Assembly: GCF_001457595.1 (NCBI RefSeq)
Contig: NZ_LN831039.1
Coordinates: 6,120,001 to 6,152,000 of the forward strand
Length of the DNA: 32,000 bases
From: Mycolicibacterium smegmatis
Lineage (GTDB): Bacteria > Actinomycetota > Actinomycetes > Mycobacteriales > Mycobacteriaceae
Reading direction: 5' to 3'
Within the stretch, counting starts at the first letter, position 1. The number at the start of each line of letters is the position of its first letter. The position numbers were made by a program, and so were the translations under genes. Below the pieces are notes generated by a model. That model searched no databases and was not told the origin of the DNA. It saw only the letters and a program-made list of their open reading frames with translations. This document shows positions 28,219 to 32,000 of the stretch, piece after piece.

Positions 28219-29619
28219 GTGGCCGGTTCGAAAATACGTTCGCAGTACCGCTGTTCGGAGTGCCAGCACGTCGCGCCCAAATGGGTCGGCCGCTGCGCCA
28301 ACTGTGGTACCTGGGGCACCGTCGACGAGGTCGCGGTGCTCGCCGGCAACAACAAGCTCAACGGTGCGGCACGGCGTTCGGTCGCCCCCACGTCACCGGC
28401 CGTGCCGATCACGTCCATCGATCCCGGCGTCACGCGCCACTACCCCACCGGCGTCAGCGAACTCGACCGCGTGCTCGGCGGTGGTCTGGTCGCGGGTTCG
28501 GTGACACTGCTCGCGGGTGATCCCGGGGTCGGCAAGTCCACGCTGCTGCTCGAGGTGGCCAACCGCTGGGCCCACAGCGGCAAACGCGCGCTCTACCTGT
28601 CCGGCGAGGAATCCGCCGGGCAGATCCGCCTGCGGGCCGAACGCACCGGATGCACGCACGATCAGGTGTACCTGGCCGCCGAATCCGATCTGCAGATCGC
28701 CCTCGGCCACATCGACGAGGTGAAGCCCAGCCTGGTGGTGGTCGACTCGGTCCAGACCATGTCCACCACCGAGGCCGACGGCGTGACCGGAGGCGTGACG
28801 CAGGTGCGCGCGGTCACCACCTCGCTCACCGCGTACGCCAAGGCCGCGGTCGGCGATCCGGCCGTCGCGATGATCCTCGTCGGCCACGTCACCAAGGACG
28901 GCGCCATCGCGGGCCCGCGGTCACTCGAGCATCTCGTCGACGTGGTGCTGCACTTCGAAGGCGACCGGGCATCGTCGCTGCGCATGGTGCGCGGCGTGAA
29001 GAACCGGTTCGGCGCCGCCGACGAGGTCGGCTGTTTTCAATTGCACGACAACGGGATCGAGTGCGTCAGCGATCCTTCGGGACTGTTCCTCGACCAGCGT
29101 CCGCTCGCGGTGCCCGGTACCGCGGTGACCGTGACCCTCGACGGCAAGCGCCCCATGATCGGCGAGGTCCAGGCCCTGGTCTCCCCGCCTGCGGGTCCGC
29201 CGCGGCGCGCGGTCAGCGGTATCGACTCGGCCCGTGCCGCGATGATCGGCGCGGTGTTGCAGACGCGCTGCCGCATGCCGATCAACAGCAACGATCTCTA
29301 TCTGTCGACCGTGGGTGGTATGCGGCTCACCGATCCGTCGGCAGACCTCGCGGTGGCGCTCGCGATCGCATCGGCGTACTTCGACATCGCGATGCCCATG
29401 AAGGCCATCGCGATCGGCGAAGTGGGCCTGGCAGGTGACCTGCGCCGCGTCACCGGCATGGACCGCAGGCTGTCGGAGGCCGCCCGGTTGGGGTTCACGA
29501 CAGCCGTCGTCCCGCCGGGTGTCACGTCGGCACCGGCGGGTCTGAAGGTCGTCGCCGCGGATAACATCCGGGCCGCGGTTCAGACGATGCGGGAGATCGC
29601 GATTGCGGGTGCCCAATAG
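28219..29619 (+). CDS. radA: DNA repair protein RadA
   Basis: 466 aa; zinc finger [41 protein letters not shown]. Confidence 0.96.
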
Positions 29620-29654
29620 GATCGGGACAATACCGGCCGATCCTAGGAGGGCTG

Positions 29655-30773
29655 ATGGCCGTGAAGTCCGGCGCGAGATCCGGACGCAACGTCGTGCACC
29701 TGGCCCGGCCGACGTTGCGCGAGACGCTGGGCCGCCTTGCCCCCGGCACACCGTTGCGCGACGGGCTTGAGCGCATCCTGCGTGGCCGCACCGGTGCGCT
29801 GATCGTGCTCGGATACGACGACAGTGTCGAGGCCATCTGCGACGGCGGTTTCGTCCTCGACGTGCGCTATGCGCCGACGCGGCTGCGTGAGCTTTCGAAG
29901 ATGGACGGCGCAGTGGTGCTCTCCAGCGACGGCAGCCGCATCCTGCGGGCCAACGTGCAGCTGGTCCCCGACCCGTCCATCCCGACCGACGAGTCCGGAA
30001 CCCGGCACCGCTCGGCCGAGCGCACCGCGATCCAGACCGGTTATCCCGTGATCTCGGTGAGCCACTCCATGAGCATCGTGACGGTCTACGTGGCAGGCGA
30101 GCGGCACGTGGTGCCCGATTCGGCGACGATCCTGTCCCGGGCCAACCAGACCATCGCGACGCTGGAACGCTACAAGGGCAGGCTCGACGAGGTCAGCAGG
30201 CAGCTCTCGACCGCCGAGATCGAGGACTTCGTGACGCTGCGCGACGTGATGACCGTCGTGCAGCGCCTGGAGATGGTGCGCCGCATCAGCCTGGAGATCG
30301 ACGCCGACGTGGTGGAACTCGGCACCGACGGCCGCCAGCTCAAGCTGCAGCTCGACGAACTCGTCGGCGACAACGAGACCGCGCGCGAGCTGATCGTTCG
30401 CGACTACCACGCCAACCCGGATCCGCCGACGGCCGCGCAGGTCGCCGCGACGCTCGAGGAGCTCGACTCGCTCAGCGACAGCGAACTGCTGGACTTCACG
30501 GTGCTGGCACGCGTCTTCGGGTATCCGTCGACCGCCGAGGCCCAGGATTCGGCGATGAGCTCACGCGGTTACCGCGCGATGGCCGCGATCCCCCGGTTGC
30601 AGTTCGCCCACGTCGACCTGCTGGTGCGTTCGTTCGGCTCGCTGCAGAACCTGCTGGCCGCCAGCGCCGACGATCTGCAGTCCGTCGACGGCATCGGTTC
30701 GATGTGGGCACGCCACATCAGGGAAGGGCTCTCACTGCTGGCCGAGTCGACGATCGCCGACCGGCTGGCCTGA
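29655..30773 (+). CDS. disA: Diadenylate cyclase DisA (c-di-AMP synthase, DNA integrity scanning)
   Basis: 372 aa; [43 protein letters not shown]-terminal HhH. Confidence 0.96.
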
Positions 30774-30774
30774 A

Positions 30775-31572
30775 TTAGTTACCCGCGCCGGGGGCGTCCG
30801 GGCCGGGTGCGCCGTCGGCAGGTGGCGCTGCCGGCTGCTGCGGATTCGCCTCGGCGAGGATGAACGGCACGGGCGCGGATCTGAGATTGCCCAGTTGCAC
30901 CACGAGGTTGTAGGTGCCCGGACCGATCGGCTGGCGCGGCAGCGGGCACTGCGGCGCCGAACCCATACCGGTCCAGGTGACCTCGGTGGTCACCTGTTCA
31001 CCCGGGTTGAACGTCTTGACCAGCGTCTCGTTGGACGGCGCGCAGTCCAGGTTGGACCACAGCCGCGTGTTGTCGAGCGAGTAGACGTAGGCGGCCAGGA
31101 CCGCGGCGCCGACGTCGCGCTTGCACGCCACCAGACCGATGTTGGTGACCACCATGGTGAACTTCGGCTGATCGCCGACGACGTACTCGGGCTGGCTCGT
31201 GATGCCCTTGACCGCGAGCGTTGAGTCCGGGCAGTCGTCGCCCTCCTTGAGCACGGGCGGCGGCGTCACGGCCGCGGTCGGCGTGGGCGTCGGCGGTGGC
31301 GCGTGCTGCGCGGGCGGGACGATCGGCGTCTTGACGGCGGGGTCCTCGCCGGGCAGCGGCGTCGGAGGGGCGGCCTCCTGGGCCGCGGTCTCACTGGACT
31401 GATCGGCTGCGGTGTTCTCGGATCCCGAGCTGCTCTTGGTCATGATCACCGCGACTATCGCGGCGACAACCCCGACGACGACTACCGCGATACCGATAGC
31501 CAGCGCCCGGCGCCGCCAGTAAATCTGCGCGGGCAGGGGCCCCTGAGGTTCGAGATCCAACACGACTTTCAC
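30775..31572 (-). CDS. Proline-rich single-pass membrane protein (Rv3587c-like)
   Basis: 265 aa; N-terminal TM AIGIAVVVVGVVAAIVAVIM, Pro-rich linker, beta-rich extracytoplasmic domain. Confidence 0.8.
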   Translation of the reverse strand: MKVVLDLEPQGPLPAQIYWRRRALAIGIAVVVVGVVAAIVAVIMTKSSSGSENTAADQSSETAAQEAAPPTPLPGEDPAVKTPIVPPAQHAPPPTPTPTAAVTPPPVLKEGDDCPDSTLAVKGITSQPEYVVGDQPKFTMVVTNIGLVACKRDVGAAVLAAYVYSLDNTRLWSNLDCAPSNETLVKTFNPGEQVTTEVTWTGMGSAPQCPLPRQPIGPGTYNLVVQLGNLRSAPVPFILAEANPQQPAAPPADGAPGPDAPGAGN

Positions 31573-31629
31573 GGTAAGCCCAGGTCATCCCCAGTTGCCC
31601 GAGGCGCCCCGGCGTGTCGCCGTCGGGTG

Positions 31630-32000
31630 TCAGACTTCGCCGATATCGCCCAGGTGGCTGCGCAACTCCACGTGTCCGTCCGCGAGGTGGTAGGTGGTGC
31701 CGACGATGGCCTGCGTACCGGCCGCGAGCCCCTGGGCAATCGCGGTCGAGCGCATCTGCAACTGCGCGACGGTCTCGTTGACGTGCTGGGCCTCGAACTC
31801 GTCGACACGGCTCAACCCGGCCTTGCGCCCCAACAGGATCGAGGGCGTCACACGCTCGACGATGTCGCGGACGAACCCGCTGGGCACCTCGCCCTCGTCG
31901 AGCGCGGACAGCGTCGCCTTGACCGCACCGCAGCTGTCATGGCCGAGCACCACGATGAGCGGCACCTTGAGCACCGTCACGGCGTACTCGATCGACCCGA
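31630..32000 (-). CDS. Beta-carbonic anhydrase (partial, truncated by window edge)
   Basis: SIEYAVTVLKVPLIVVLGHDSCGAVKAT; the frame continues past position 32000. Track start at 31980 is internal. Confidence 0.93.
   Translation of the reverse strand, partial: GSIEYAVTVLKVPLIVVLGHDSCGAVKATLSALDEGEVPSGFVRDIVERVTPSILLGRKAGLSRVDEFEAQHVNETVAQLQMRSTAIAQGLAAGTQAIVGTTYHLADGHVELRSHLGDIGEV

Overview
High-GC actinobacterial chromosome. Gene content and order (mspD-type porin, ctpC, cysS-ispF-ispD-carD, lpqE, radA-disA) match Mycobacterium (Mycolicibacterium) smegmatis or a very close relative; this is recognised from memory, with no database search. Left part (~1-23.2 kb): a dense metal-scarcity island with a ZnuABC-type zinc importer, a G3E/COG0523 (CobW-like) GTPase, an Azt-type importer (AztA, AztB, AztC plus two AztD-like lipoproteins), BluB overlapping aztA, PxpA, a Cys-rich orphan, an MspA-family porin, PacL1-like protein plus CtpC P-type ATPase, a UPF0718/TIGR03943 pair, a BtuFCD/FecBCD-type ABC importer, zinc-independent ribosomal protein paralogs (S18, S14, L33, L28, and L31 on the other strand), a CobW paralog with an eroded P-loop, a frameshifted MBL hydrolase and an ArsB/NhaD-like permease. 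At least four very similar 21-bp Zur-like operators (centres ~2447, 7759, 10440, 19551) sit upstream of these genes. The most interesting signal is an unannotated cobalamin-riboswitch-like leader (minus strand, ~18412-18520) between the Zur-type ribosomal-protein operon and the btuFCD-like operon. Together with bluB lying downstream of a Zur-like box, it suggests a zinc/vitamin-B12 cross-regulated locus. Right part (~23.2-32 kb) is ordinary core genome: rlmB-like, cysS, ispF, ispD, carD, lpqE, radA, disA, a membrane protein and a carbonic anhydrase.
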